A stretch of DNA of 64,000 nucleotides from an uncultured Elusimicrobia bacterium (lineage in GTDB: Bacteria > Elusimicrobiota > Elusimicrobia > Elusimicrobiales > UBA9959). Where the stretch lies: NCBI GenBank assembly GCA_903889965.1, contig CAISZM010000001.1, positions 1,389-65,388 of the forward strand, written 5' to 3'. How positions within the stretch are numbered: position 1 is the first letter of the stretch; each line of letters begins with the position of its first letter. The notes under the pieces were generated by a model that saw only the letters and a list, made by a program, of their open reading frames with translations, was not told where the DNA came from and did not search any database. Position numbers and translations under genes: made by a program. Positions 54,571 through 64,000 of the stretch are shown here, in pieces.

Positions 54571-54592
54571 GAAAGTTGCAGCTGCAACTTTC
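54571..54592. promoter_or_regulatory. 22-bp perfect palindrome GAAAGTTGCAGCTGCAACTTTC 10 nt upstream of ATG 54603
   Basis: Read directly. It is either an operator-like site or a leader hairpin that occludes the start region. Confidence 0.35.
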
Positions 54593-54602
54593 AGGTTAAA
54601 CC

Positions 54603-55001
54603 ATGAAAAGGGGAATAGCGGCGTTTCTGTCGGCAGCCTGCTTCGCTGTCCCGGCCCTGGCGGCCGGAGCGGAGGCCGCGCCCGCGGCTCCCCGCAACTA
54701 TTTCCTGGAACTTTACATCCCGCAGATACTGGCGGTGATGGCCGGGCTGGTCCTGTTGTCGCACGCCGCCGAAAAAAGGTTCCCGGACCGGAAACCGGCC
54801 TTGCGCAAAGCCTGGAACTGGCTGCTTCTTCTCTCTTTCGCCTTTTGCGTGCTGCCCGGTCTGTGCCTTTTAATACCGCTGGGCAAGACCATTAAATACC
54901 TGCTTCTCGATATACACGTATGGGCCGGGGCCGTCTGCGTCTGCGCCGGAACATACCATGCCTGCCGGCGTTTCAGCGGCCTGTTCGGCCCGCGCAGGTA
55001 G
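54603..55001 (+). CDS. Hypothetical membrane protein (132 aa)
   Basis: Signal-like MKRGIAAFLSAACFAVPALAAGA and 3 TM helices. The His-containing last helix DIHVWAGAVCVCAGTYHACRRF resembles a DUF4405-style domain (weak). Confidence 0.4.
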   Translation: MKRGIAAFLSAACFAVPALAAGAEAAPAAPRNYFLELYIPQILAVMAGLVLLSHAAEKRFPDRKPALRKAWNWLLLLSFAFCVLPGLCLLIPLGKTIKYLLLDIHVWAGAVCVCAGTYHACRRFSGLFGPRR

Positions 55002-55163
55002 CTTCCCGGGAAAGTCCCGGAAATCGGTCGCGACCTCCCTTGTAACTTCTCCCGAATATTGATAGATTGTTCCCGTGGCCTGATAAACGCGCTTATCTTT
55101 AAGCGGGCGCGCGGGTGCGGCGGTCCGTCCCGTAAAATTTTTAGTGAGTGTAAGGTTTCCCCG

Positions 55164-56495
55164 ATGCGCTTTTTCAGTGTGTTATTGCTTTTCTTCGCGC
55201 TGCCGCTGCCTTCCGCGGCCGGCGGCGCCTGCACGGCTTCTTTCGGCTCAGGCTCAGAGGGCTGCGAGTATCCGGGCTCCGGCTCCGGCGCGGCGAAAGA
55301 CCCTTTCCTGCTGGAACTGGAACACAGAAGCTTTTTGTATTTCTCGGAGAACGCCGACCCCCGTACCGGGCTGGTAAAGGACAGGTCGGCCGCGGACGGC
55401 TCGCAGGCCGGGGGGGACGGCGTGGCCAGCGCGGCGGCCACCGGTTTCGGGCTGAGCGCCCTGTGCGTCGGGGCCGAGAACGGGTGGATCCCGGCCGCGG
55501 AAGCGGCGGCCCGCGCGCGAAAAACGCTTGAATTCCTCGTAGAGCGCTCCACCTCGGTGCACGGCTGGTACTACCATTTTGTGGATCAGTCCGACGGCGC
55601 GCGGGCCTGGAACAGCGAAGTTTCCTCCATAGACACCGGCTTCCTCCTTGCCGGCGCGCTCACGGTAAAGGGATGTTTTCCGGAGGACCAGTCTATCGCT
55701 TCCCTGTCGGACGAGCTCTACTCACGGGTGGATTTTAAATGGATGCTCAACGGGGGGCGTGCGCTCTCGCACGGCTGGTACCCCGAGAGCGGGTTCATCT
55801 GGCACAGGTGGGACACGCAGAGCGAGCACCTGCTGCTCACCCTGCTGGCCATCGGCTCCCCGCGGAACGCGGCGCCCCCGGACCTGTGGAAGGCTTGGAA
55901 ACGCGAGGCGCGCTCATACGGCCCCTACAAATACGCGGGAACCGCCGCGCCGCTCTTCGTGCATCAGTACTCGCACGCCTGGTTCGATTTCAGGCATGTG
56001 CGGGACACCGAAGACCCGTCCGCGGACCTGTTCCTGAATTCCGCGGTGGCTACCGAGGTCCATAAGCAATTCTGCGTGGACATCTCCTCGGCTTTCAAGT
56101 CTTACAGCGCCGATGTGTGGGGAATTACCGCCTCGGACGGCGAGGGCGCCTATCACGGCTGGGGAGGTCCGCCCGCCACTTCGGATATAAACGGCACTGT
56201 GGTGCCCTGCGCAGCCGGCGGCTCGCTCATGTTCTCCCCTGAAATAACCCTGCCGGCGCTAAAGGAAATGCGGGAGCGCTGGGGCGGGCGTGTATGGAAA
56301 CGCTACGGCTTTGTGGACGCCTTTAATCCGCTTTCGGACTGGTACGATAACGACACCCTCGGCATAGACGCAGGCATAACACTCCTGAGCGCGGAGAACC
56401 TGCGCTCGGGGAAAGTCTGGCGCTGGTTCATGTCTAATCCCGAACCGCGCAAGGCGATGCAGCTTACCGGCCTCGGGCCTTCCGGGGCCCGTTAG
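55164..56495 (+). CDS. Secreted DUF3131/GH144-like (putative beta-1,2-glucanase type) glycoside hydrolase
   Basis: Signal peptide MRFFSVLLLFFALPLPSAAG. Motifs: RSFLYFSENADPRTGLVKDRS, AATGFGLSAL, HGWYYHFVD, EVSSIDTGFLLAGAL, HLLLTLLAIGSP. Confidence 0.55.
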   Translation: MRFFSVLLLFFALPLPSAAGGACTASFGSGSEGCEYPGSGSGAAKDPFLLELEHRSFLYFSENADPRTGLVKDRSAADGSQAGGDGVASAAATGFGLSALCVGAENGWIPAAEAAARARKTLEFLVERSTSVHGWYYHFVDQSDGARAWNSEVSSIDTGFLLAGALTVKGCFPEDQSIASLSDELYSRVDFKWMLNGGRALSHGWYPESGFIWHRWDTQSEHLLLTLLAIGSPRNAAPPDLWKAWKREARSYGPYKYAGTAAPLFVHQYSHAWFDFRHVRDTEDPSADLFLNSAVATEVHKQFCVDISSAFKSYSADVWGITASDGEGAYHGWGGPPATSDINGTVVPCAAGGSLMFSPEITLPALKEMRERWGGRVWKRYGFVDAFNPLSDWYDNDTLGIDAGITLLSAENLRSGKVWRWFMSNPEPRKAMQLTGLGPSGAR

Positions 56496-56573
56496 ATCCC
56501 GTCAGTTCCAACGGCGTTTTAAGCGAAAATACTGTCCGCCGCGCGTCGCGCACGCGGACAGGTTAAAGGCTTC

Positions 56574-57795
56574 ATGAGATTCTTAACCCGCGGTCAAGGC
56601 GGCGCCGCCGAACTCCTGAAGGTGGCGTATCCGCTTATACTTTCCACCGCCTCGGGTACCGTGATGCAATTCGTGAACCGCGTGTTCCTGGCGCATTACA
56701 GCCCGGACGCGCTGGCGGCCTGCGTGCCGGGCGGCATACTCAGCTTCACTTTCCTCTGTTTTTTTATGGGCACGGCCACGTACACCAACGCTTTCGTGGC
56801 GCAGTATCACGGCAGGGGGAAAACCGCCAGCGTGTCGGTGGCCGTATGGCAGGGGGTGTGGCTGGCGCTGGCCAGCGGGCTTGTGCTGCTGCTGCTGACG
56901 CCGGCCGGGTTTTACATCATAGACCATTCCGGCCATGCCGCGTCCGTGCGCGCGCTGGAAAGGCCTTATTTCGCCATCCTGAACGCTTTCGCCGTTTTCC
57001 CCGTCCTTAACACTGCCCTGGCGGCTTTTTTTATAGGCAGGGGGAAGACCAAGGTCCCGATGGCCGTTAATATCGCGGGCAACGCCCTTTGCGTACTCGC
57101 CTCCTGGCTCCTGATATTCGGGGCGGGGCCCGTGCCCGCAATGGGGATAAAAGGCGCCGCCTGGGCCGCCGCCTCCGGCCAGATTCTGATGACCGTACTC
57201 TACCTGCGCGCCATATTTTCCGCCTACAACCGCCGACGCTTCCGCACCGCGCGCCTGGCCGGGATACATACCGGACTTTTCCTCCGCATGATAAAATACG
57301 GCGCGCCCAACGGCGCGGGTTTTTTTCTGGACATCGCCTCCTTCGGCGCTTTCATCTTCATCATAGGGGGCATGGACGAGATATCGCTGGCCGCGAGCAA
57401 TATCATCGCTTCCATAAACATGCTGGCTTTCATGCCCGTCATAGGCCTGGGGCTGGCCACGCTGACGCTGGTCGGCAAGTATATAGGGATGAAAAAGCCG
57501 GACGTTTCCGTGCGCGTGGCGCATAACGCCGTCCGCCTTGCCGGAATTTACGCGCTAACGCTCGGCGCGCTGTTCGTGGTCGTGCCCGGCCTCTTCATAA
57601 ACATCTTCGGCTCCGGGAATTCGGCGGAGTACGCGCAGATACTGGCCAAAAGCCGGCCGCTAATGAAGGTGCTGGCCGTGTTCATCTTCTTCGACGCCGT
57701 GGGCATAATCTTCGCTGACGCGCTGCGGGGGGCGGGAGACACGCGTTTCCAGATGCTTGGCGCCAGCGCGGCGGCCTGGCTGCTCGTCCCGATGC
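56574..57795 (+). pseudogene. MATE-family efflux transporter, 3'-truncated at the junction (roughly the last 45-50 aa missing)
   Basis: Typical MATE N-terminus LLKVAYPLILSTASGTVMQFVNRVFLAHYSPDALAA and second-half [14 protein letters not shown]. After ...AAAWLLV the frame runs into unrelated sequence and stops at 57872. Confidence 0.75.
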
Positions 57796-57800
57796 GCCAC
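57780..57800. other. Breakpoint between two truncated, unrelated genes (contig join / chimera / rearrangement scar)
   Basis: MATE homology ends at about 57790. Chorismate-synthase homology is readable from about 57800 in another frame ([40 protein letters not shown]...). There is no stop, start, intergenic spacer or mobile element between them. Confidence 0.7.
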
Positions 57801-58459
57801 TTGAAGATCTGTGGCACCTTGCCGCCAATTCGGAGCTGTTTTGCTGTGATGCGGTTGCCGAGCTGGAAATGATGCGGATGATCGACCATGCTAAATCCGG
57901 CGGTGATACCCTGGGGGGTGTGGTGGAGGTGCAGGTGTCCGGCGTTCCGCCAGGTCTGGGCAGTTATGTCCAGTGGGACCGCAAGCTGGATGCGCGCCTG
58001 GCAATGGCGCTGATGAGCATACAGGCCATCAAGGGGGTTGAGGTGGGCATTGGTTTCGAGGTTGCCCGTTTCCCCGGTTCACAGGTACACGACGAGATTT
58101 TTCGCGATGCCGGTCGTCTTGATCAGGGGGCCGCCAGCGCCTATTTCAGGTATACCAACAGGGCCGGTGGTATTGAGGGTGGCATGTCAAATGGTGAAAT
58201 AATCGTGCTGAGGGCTGCCATGAAGCCGATCCCGACCCTCTATACCCCGTTGCGATCGGTTGATATCCAAACGCACGAACCATTCGAGGCTGTCGTGGAG
58301 CGTTCCGATACCTGTGCGGTGTCTGCAGCTCTTGTGGTGGCCGAGGCGGTGGTGGCCATTGAGATTGCCAATGCTTTTCTGGAAAAATTCGGAGGAGACT
58401 CGCTACGCGAGATACGACGCAATTATGATGGGTTCCGTGAGCAGATTCGCAATGTATGA
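57797..58459 (+). pseudogene. aroC: Chorismate synthase, C-terminal ~220 aa only (5'-truncated at the junction)
   Basis: [52 protein letters not shown] and the C-terminal ...[21 protein letters not shown]. The N-terminal ~170 aa of a normal AroC are absent. Confidence 0.85.
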
Positions 58460-58970
58460 CCGTCCCGTTATCCTGACCGGTTTTATGGGCAGCGGCAAGA
58501 GCAGTGTCGGGCGGATTCTGGCAAGGTCCCTGGGATGTCCGTTTATTGATCTGGATGCGGTGATTGTTGCCGATGCGGGGAAATCGATTAACGAAATATT
58601 TAGTGATGAGGGGGAGAGTGCCTTTCGGGTCAGGGAAAGCACCTGTCTTGAGCGGATCCTGTCGGACGGCCTGAAAGTAATTGCATCCGGCGGGGGTGTG
58701 GTGATCGCCGAATCGAATCGTCGCTTGATGCGCAAGAGGGGATTCGTGGTCAACCTGACGGCATCGTTATCCACGATCTTGGCCCGCCTGGAAGGGGCTG
58801 CCGACCGGCCGCTGTATGCCGGTCTGGATGCCGCAAGTCGTGTCAGGGTGTTGCTGGAAGAACGAAAACAATTTTATGCCGATGCTGATATTAGAATTGA
58901 CACGGACAAAATTTCCGTGGAAGATGTGTCGGCAAAGATTTTGAGGATTTTAAAGGGGTTGCCCGCGTGA
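58452..58970 (+). CDS. aroK: Shikimate kinase
   Basis: [24 protein letters not shown] (P-loop). 172 aa. It overlaps the aroC stop by 8 nt. Confidence 0.9.
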   Translation: MYDRPVILTGFMGSGKSSVGRILARSLGCPFIDLDAVIVADAGKSINEIFSDEGESAFRVRESTCLERILSDGLKVIASGGGVVIAESNRRLMRKRGFVVNLTASLSTILARLEGAADRPLYAGLDAASRVRVLLEERKQFYADADIRIDTDKISVEDVSAKILRILKGLPA

Positions 58971-60046
58971 GTTCGCTGACTGTCAACCTGGGCGAAAACA
59001 CTTATGATATTCGGATCGATTGCGGTTCGCTGTCATCGCTCGGTAGCCAGTGCGCCGAACGAGGGCTGGCGGGGCGCGTTGCGTTGGTTACCAACCCGGC
59101 GGTCGCTGCTCTCTACGCCGATCAGGTCAGACAAGCACTGGCTGAAGCCGGCAACGATGTTACCCTGATCGAGATTCCAGATGGCGAAGAATACAAAAAT
59201 TCAACAACCCTCAATCGGGTCTATGATGAGCTGATCGAAGCGGGACTTGACCGCAATTCATTCATCGTTGCCCTGGGGGGCGGGGTGGTGGGCGATTTGG
59301 CCGGATTCGCGGCGGCAACCTATCTGCGCGGCATCCCTTTCGTACAGGTGCCGACGACTCTGCTGGCTCAGGTCGACAGCAGCGTAGGGGGCAAGACCGC
59401 CATTGACCACCCGCGTGGAAAAAATCTTATTGGCGCCTTCTTCCAGCCGAGGCTGGTGCTGATCGACACGGATACATTGAAGACACTTCCGTTACGTGAA
59501 TTCCGTGCCGGCTTGGCCGAAGTTGCTAAATACGGGATTGCCCTCGACAATGGTTTTTTTGAATTTTTGGAGCAGAACAACGTCAGCATCCAGAAGATGG
59601 AGCAGGAAAGCCTGGTGCGGGTTATCCTGACTTGCTGCCAACTGAAGGCCCGGATCGTAGAGATGGATGAGAAGGAATCCGGTCTGCGCGCGATCCTCAA
59701 TTACGGACATACCTTGGGGCATGCCATTGAGACCCTGGCGGGTTACCGCCAAATGGTGCATGGTGAGGCTGTGGCGCTCGGAATAGTGCTTGCCGCCCGG
59801 ATCAGCAGAACACTCGGGTACTGTAACGATCACGATGTTAACCGTATCACAACACTCTTGTCAGGTTTCGGACTTGAGCTTTCTCCGCCGCGGGTCGAGG
59901 CCGACCGTTTGCGCGACGCCCTGTTGAAGGACAAGAAAAGCCGCAGTGGCAGTATAAGTTTCATATGCAATCGTGGTATCGGTGACTATGTCGTGGAAAA
60001 ACTATCAACTGAGCAACTGCTCATCCTAAGCGGATTGGAGGTCTGA
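58967..60046 (+). CDS. aroB: 3-dehydroquinate synthase
   Basis: GGGVVGDLAGFAAATYLRGIPFVQVPTTLLAQVDSSVGGKTAIDHP and NYGHTLGHAIE. Confidence 0.95.
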   Translation: MSSLTVNLGENTYDIRIDCGSLSSLGSQCAERGLAGRVALVTNPAVAALYADQVRQALAEAGNDVTLIEIPDGEEYKNSTTLNRVYDELIEAGLDRNSFIVALGGGVVGDLAGFAAATYLRGIPFVQVPTTLLAQVDSSVGGKTAIDHPRGKNLIGAFFQPRLVLIDTDTLKTLPLREFRAGLAEVAKYGIALDNGFFEFLEQNNVSIQKMEQESLVRVILTCCQLKARIVEMDEKESGLRAILNYGHTLGHAIETLAGYRQMVHGEAVALGIVLAARISRTLGYCNDHDVNRITTLLSGFGLELSPPRVEADRLRDALLKDKKSRSGSISFICNRGIGDYVVEKLSTEQLLILSGLEV

Positions 60047-60049
60047 ATC

Positions 60050-60973
60050 ATGCTGCAAGACAGTGCATCGTTCTGGTCTGATATCAAAATGTATGAGGAG
60101 CGGTTGGCACAGGATCCCGATTCATACCTCTTTGCGCGGTTGGCAGAGATCTATCTGAAGGTTGACCTGATAGATGATGCCCTTCATATCGCACGTCGGG
60201 GGGTTGAAAAGTACCCGGCCTATATCACCGGTTTACGTGTCCTTGCCATGGCCTGTTACGCCAAAGGGCTGCATGACGAGTGCCGCCGGGCCTTGGAAAC
60301 GGTTGTCGCGGCTATCCCGGAAGACGCGCAGGTTCAGAGGCTGTTGGGAAAATTGCTGGTTGCGGACGGGAATAGCGAGGCGGCCAAGAAGGTACTTCTC
60401 ACAATTCTGGATTTCAACCCTGACGATCTGGAGTGCCGGGAGGAAATCCTGGCGCTTGAACAGGTTTCCATCCTGCCTGTGATGGAGTCCTCCGAAATTT
60501 CACTTCTCGAAGCTGGTGCGGAACTCGCTGACTCGGTTGTTCAGGAGTTTGTGGATGATGACGAGATCATCGATCTTCAAGAATCTGATATAGTTGAGGA
60601 GTTTGATCTGGAAAAAATGGCTCCTCCCGCAACAACAGCCGAACGTCTTGATCCGCTCTCGACTGCTACCTTGGCGGAGTTGTACGTTCAGCAGGGGTTT
60701 ACCGACAAGGCGTTGAATATTTATCGGTCCGTGTATGCTGTGGATCCGACGAACAGTGATGTTCAAACCCGGATTGCCGAACTTGAAGCCAGAGAAGCTG
60801 CGGCAGCGGCTTTTCCTGTGATGTCGGATAGTGCCGATACCATTTCCGGTACCGTTTCTCAAGAGTCTTCAGTGTTTCCGCAGGGTATTCACGTGCAGGG
60901 TGCAACTGACGATGTTGTATCCACGCTGGAAGGGTGGCTTGAAAACATCAGGAGGATCAAGGCATGTCGCTAA
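60050..60973 (+). CDS. TPR-domain protein with acidic linker (307 aa)
   Basis: TPR-like helices at both ends (YLFARLAEIYLKVDLIDDALHIARRGVEKYP..., LAELYVQQGFTDKALNIYRSVYAVDPTN). Confidence 0.55.
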   Translation: MLQDSASFWSDIKMYEERLAQDPDSYLFARLAEIYLKVDLIDDALHIARRGVEKYPAYITGLRVLAMACYAKGLHDECRRALETVVAAIPEDAQVQRLLGKLLVADGNSEAAKKVLLTILDFNPDDLECREEILALEQVSILPVMESSEISLLEAGAELADSVVQEFVDDDEIIDLQESDIVEEFDLEKMAPPATTAERLDPLSTATLAELYVQQGFTDKALNIYRSVYAVDPTNSDVQTRIAELEAREAAAAAFPVMSDSADTISGTVSQESSVFPQGIHVQGATDDVVSTLEGWLENIRRIKACR

Positions 60974-61326
60974 GGGAAACACTGGCTGGAATCATTGAAA
61001 ATATTGAAGGGGGATGTGCCATTAGCATCATGGCTAGCGATGGCATCCCCATTGACGAAGTTGTTCTGAACCAGGCCGGATTTGATCTGCAGCTCCTGAC
61101 GGTTGAATATGCTACACTCCTCAAGGATATAAGGCGGGTTGTCGAGGTTCTCAAGGTTGGTGAACTGGAGGAAATCTCCGTAACGACCGGTCAGTTGTAT
61201 GTCGTTATCCGCATACTGAGTGATGAGCTGTTTGTGGTTCTGATCATGACCCGGGATGGCAATTTTGGCAAGGGGCGCTATCTGCTGCGCATCAATTCAG
61301 ACGGATTGGCCAACGTGCTGCGATAA
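60964..61326 (+). CDS. Roadblock/LC7 (MglB-like) domain protein
   Basis: 120 aa with a pattern typical of Roadblock/LC7: ...[17 protein letters not shown]...[42 protein letters not shown]. Confidence 0.5.
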   Translation: MSLRETLAGIIENIEGGCAISIMASDGIPIDEVVLNQAGFDLQLLTVEYATLLKDIRRVVEVLKVGELEEISVTTGQLYVVIRILSDELFVVLIMTRDGNFGKGRYLLRINSDGLANVLR

Positions 61327-61328
61327 CC

Positions 61329-61760
61329 ATGCGATATCTTGTTTTGCACGGACCCAATCTGAATCTCCTCGGTAAACGCGAACCGGCTGTTTATGGAACC
61401 CTCACGCTGGAAGAGATAAATAACGCGATCGCCTGCCTGGCAGCCGAATTGGGGTGCTGTGTCGAGTTCCTGCAGTCAAATGCCGAGGGTGAGTTGATCG
61501 ATGCCATTCAGGCCGCTGCCGGAATTTTTGATGGAATTGTAATTAATCCGGCTGCTTACACCCATACCAGTGTTGCCATTCGTGATGCTCTGGCTTCGGT
61601 TGGCCTGCCCTTTGTCGAGGTGCATCTGTCAAATGTCTATCGTCGAGAAGAATTCCGTCATAAAAGCCTGACCGCACCGCTCGCATTGGGACAGATCTGC
61701 GGTTTTGGTGTTCAGAGCTACCTCTTGGGATTGCGGGCTATTATGACGAGTACACAATAA
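61329..61760 (+). CDS. aroQ: Type II 3-dehydroquinate dehydratase
   Basis: [52 protein letters not shown]. Confidence 0.95.
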   Translation: MRYLVLHGPNLNLLGKREPAVYGTLTLEEINNAIACLAAELGCCVEFLQSNAEGELIDAIQAAAGIFDGIVINPAAYTHTSVAIRDALASVGLPFVEVHLSNVYRREEFRHKSLTAPLALGQICGFGVQSYLLGLRAIMTSTQ

Positions 61761-61834
61761 AAATATGCGCAGACGGGAATTCTTGCGGTGCATTGCCGCG
61801 GGTTCAAAAATGTTTGCGCCAATGGAATAAACGT

Positions 61835-62902
61835 ATGCTAAAAGACAGGCGCGCCAAACTGGAGCGCTTTTTCACTTCCCATAAAATCGAAGCAATCCTG
61901 ATTTCGAGCATGCTGAATATCCGTTACCTTTCCGGTTTCACCGGATCGGAAGGGGTGCTGCTATTGACCCGTGACCGGTTTTGGCTACTGTGCGATTCGC
62001 GGTACACAAATCAGGCCTTGGCCGAGGTGCAGGCTGGAGAAATCCGCCAATTTTCAGAAAAACAGGATTCTGTCAGAGAACTGATTGAGGAGCTGAAGCT
62101 TCAGCGCATCGGTTTTGAGTCGGCCCATACTACCGTTGCCGCATTCATGGAATTTTCCGGCAAGTTGACTGGTTGTGAACTGGTACCGATCAATGCAAAT
62201 CTGGATCAAATCCGTTCCTGCAAGGATCAGGATGAAATCGGACGACTCGGCGATGTCGCACGACTGGCGTCAGAAGCCTTTCAGGCTACCGTCGGACTGA
62301 TCAGGCCCGGACTCAGTGAGGTGGATCTTGCCCGTGAACTGGAGTTCGAGATGCGAAGGCGTGGCGCCGATGGTCGAGCTTTCGATTTTATCGTTGCCTC
62401 GGGTGAACGGGGAGCAATGCCGCATGCCCGAGCCACGGATAAGTTGATACGCTCCGGTGAGTTGGTGACAATCGATTTTGGTGCGGTGAAAGATGGCTAT
62501 TATTCCGATGAAACCCTGACCGTGGCAGTAGGAAAACCTGGTGATCGTGCTCGCGAGATATATGATATAGTCAAGGGCGCCCATGATCGGGCTGTTTCAT
62601 CGGTCAAACCCGGTATGACCTGTCGTGATCTGGACGCGGTTGCCCGCGATTATATTCAAGAGTGCGGATACGGTGAGTACTTCGGTCATGGCCTGGGACA
62701 TGGAGTTGGCCTGGAAATTCATGAAAAACCGACTGTTTCTCCCCGCAGCGACATGACGATCGACGAGGGTATGGTCTTCACGATTGAACCGGGTATCTAC
62801 ATACCGGGATTTGGCGGCATCAGAATCGAGGACACAGTGGTGGTCCTTGCCGATGGCTGCCGCCTGCTGACACAGGTTCCGAAAGAATTGATAATGGTAT
62901 GA
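61835..62902 (+). CDS. M24-family Xaa-Pro aminopeptidase/dipeptidase
   Basis: Creatinase-like N-domain plus the pita-bread motifs VTIDFGAVKDGYYSD, HGLGHGVGLEIHEKP, GIRIEDTVVV. I prefer ATG 61835 over TTG 61793. Confidence 0.85.
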   Translation: MLKDRRAKLERFFTSHKIEAILISSMLNIRYLSGFTGSEGVLLLTRDRFWLLCDSRYTNQALAEVQAGEIRQFSEKQDSVRELIEELKLQRIGFESAHTTVAAFMEFSGKLTGCELVPINANLDQIRSCKDQDEIGRLGDVARLASEAFQATVGLIRPGLSEVDLARELEFEMRRRGADGRAFDFIVASGERGAMPHARATDKLIRSGELVTIDFGAVKDGYYSDETLTVAVGKPGDRAREIYDIVKGAHDRAVSSVKPGMTCRDLDAVARDYIQECGYGEYFGHGLGHGVGLEIHEKPTVSPRSDMTIDEGMVFTIEPGIYIPGFGGIRIEDTVVVLADGCRLLTQVPKELIMV

Positions 62903-62981
62903 AACCGGATTTTCTCCCGTGTGGAGCCGGAAAACCGGTATCACCTATATAGTTGCAGGATTTAATTCAAAGGAGACGGAA

Positions 62982-63458
62982 ATGGATGTTAAAGATTTAA
63001 AAGTTCTGATAAAAATGATTACTGAAACCGATATTACAGAATTCGAGATGGATAGCTCGGATGTTAAAATCATCATTCGTCGCGGTGCAAAAACAGAGTA
63101 TGTCAACGTGGCCACCGTGCCCGCGGCATATAATCCGTTTCAGTCTGTACCATCCCCTGCGACAGTGTCGACGGCATCATTCGCACCGGTGTCGGTTTCC
63201 GAGCCAGTTCCGGAAATCGGCGATGCAATCAATTCTCCGATCGTGGGTACTTTCTACTGTGCCCCTGAACCAGGTGCCGCACCCTATGTTGAGGTTGGCC
63301 AGGTGGTGGAAAAGGGTCAGATGCTCTGCATAGTCGAGGCGATGAAACTGATGAATGAGATCGAGGCCGAGTTCCGCTGCAAGATTCTCAGGGTTTGTAA
63401 GGAAAATGCGCAGCCGGTGGAATTCGGCGATGCGTTGTTTATTGTAGAGAGGCTTTAA
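62982..63458 (+). CDS. accB: Acetyl-CoA carboxylase biotin carboxyl carrier protein
   Basis: Biotinylation motif [15 protein letters not shown] with an Ala/Pro-rich linker. ATG 62982 follows AGGAGA. Confidence 0.95.
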   Translation: MDVKDLKVLIKMITETDITEFEMDSSDVKIIIRRGAKTEYVNVATVPAAYNPFQSVPSPATVSTASFAPVSVSEPVPEIGDAINSPIVGTFYCAPEPGAAPYVEVGQVVEKGQMLCIVEAMKLMNEIEAEFRCKILRVCKENAQPVEFGDALFIVERL

Positions 63459-63463
63459 TAATC

Positions 63464-64000
63464 ATGTTTCATAAAATACTGATTGCCAATCGGGGCGAAA
63501 TAGCCGTTCGCATCATTCGTGCCTGCAAGGAACTGGGCATCAAAACGGTCGCGGTTTACTCCCAGGCCGACAGCAACTCATTGCACGTCAAACTTGCCGA
63601 CGAGAGTGTCTGTATCGGTCCGGCCTCCAGCGCCCTGAGCTACCTGAATATCAAAGCTCTTATAAGCACGGCTGAACTGACTGATGCAGAGGCAATTCAT
63701 CCCGGTTATGGTTTTTTGTCGGAAAACGCCAATTTTGCCGAGATCTGTGAAAAGTGCGGCATAACATTTATTGGCCCCAGTTCTGAGAGCATGAGGATCA
63801 TGGGAGATAAGATCAGCGCCCGCCAAGCTGTTGTCAAACAGGGAGTTCCCATCCTGCCGGGTGCTACAGGCGGGGTTGATACGGTTGATGAGGCAATCAG
63901 GATATCCAAGGAAATCGGCTTCCCGGTGATAATCAAAGCCACTGCCGGCGGTGGTGGCAGGGGCATGAAGATCGTCCATTCCCAGGCGGCTCTGGCGACC
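63464..64000 (+). CDS. accC: Acetyl-CoA carboxylase biotin carboxylase, N-terminal 179 aa (runs off window end)
   Basis: Absent from the ORF track because it is open to the window edge. My translation gives [37 protein letters not shown]...[16 protein letters not shown]...[16 protein letters not shown]. Confidence 0.95.
   Translation, partial: MFHKILIANRGEIAVRIIRACKELGIKTVAVYSQADSNSLHVKLADESVCIGPASSALSYLNIKALISTAELTDAEAIHPGYGFLSENANFAEICEKCGITFIGPSSESMRIMGDKISARQAVVKQGVPILPGATGGVDTVDEAIRISKEIGFPVIIKATAGGGGRGMKIVHSQAALAT

Overview
This 64-kb window is gene-dense. I recognise no rRNA, tRNA, CRISPR array, transposase, integrase or phage structural genes. Positions 1 to about 57,795 are mostly G+C-rich with lower-GC patches and look like a diderm bacterium, based on signal-peptide and beta-barrel proteins, an O-antigen-ligase-like gene and pseudopilin-related genes. 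In order, this part encodes: a heparinase II/III-like lyase (partial); a nucleotidyl-cyclase-like/TPR protein followed by a NarL-type two-component pair; amtB plus a beta-barrel protein; an OPT transporter; an O-antigen-ligase-like protein; a nitroreductase; an FGE-type enzyme; a SAM methyltransferase; REC plus PTS enzyme I; a GH13 amylase; a porin / PhoB / PhoR / PhoU-like(DUF47) / PiT cluster; GT4 plus CE4 genes; an orphan GspF-like gene; hrpB; an EEP nuclease; ahcY; a PAP2 phosphatase; a MATE transporter; yciH; ABC-F; typA; and a GH144-like hydrolase. At about 57,780-57,800 a second MATE gene lacking its 3' end abuts a chorismate synthase gene lacking its 5' part. A housekeeping block follows: aroC'-aroK-aroB-TPR-roadblock-aroQ-M24 peptidase-accB-accC(partial). 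I read this as a contig join, an assembly chimera or a rearrangement scar. The most unusual biology I can support is a two-gene operon at 48.1-50.2 kb. It pairs a DUF350 membrane protein with a secreted protein made of a signal peptide, 14 Gly, a Hint (intein-like) domain, a TM helix and two Tim44-like domains. Secondary candidates are the effector-like cyclase fused directly to a TPR array beside an HK/RR pair (1.9-6.2 kb), a small 3-TM protein resembling nucleotide-activated membrane effectors (39.7-40.2 kb), a zinc-ribbon/2TM/pseudopilin-globular-domain fusion (25.5-26.3 kb), and a 360-bp intergenic region with nested inverted repeats upstream of typA. All family assignments come from by-eye motif recognition. 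No database search was run.
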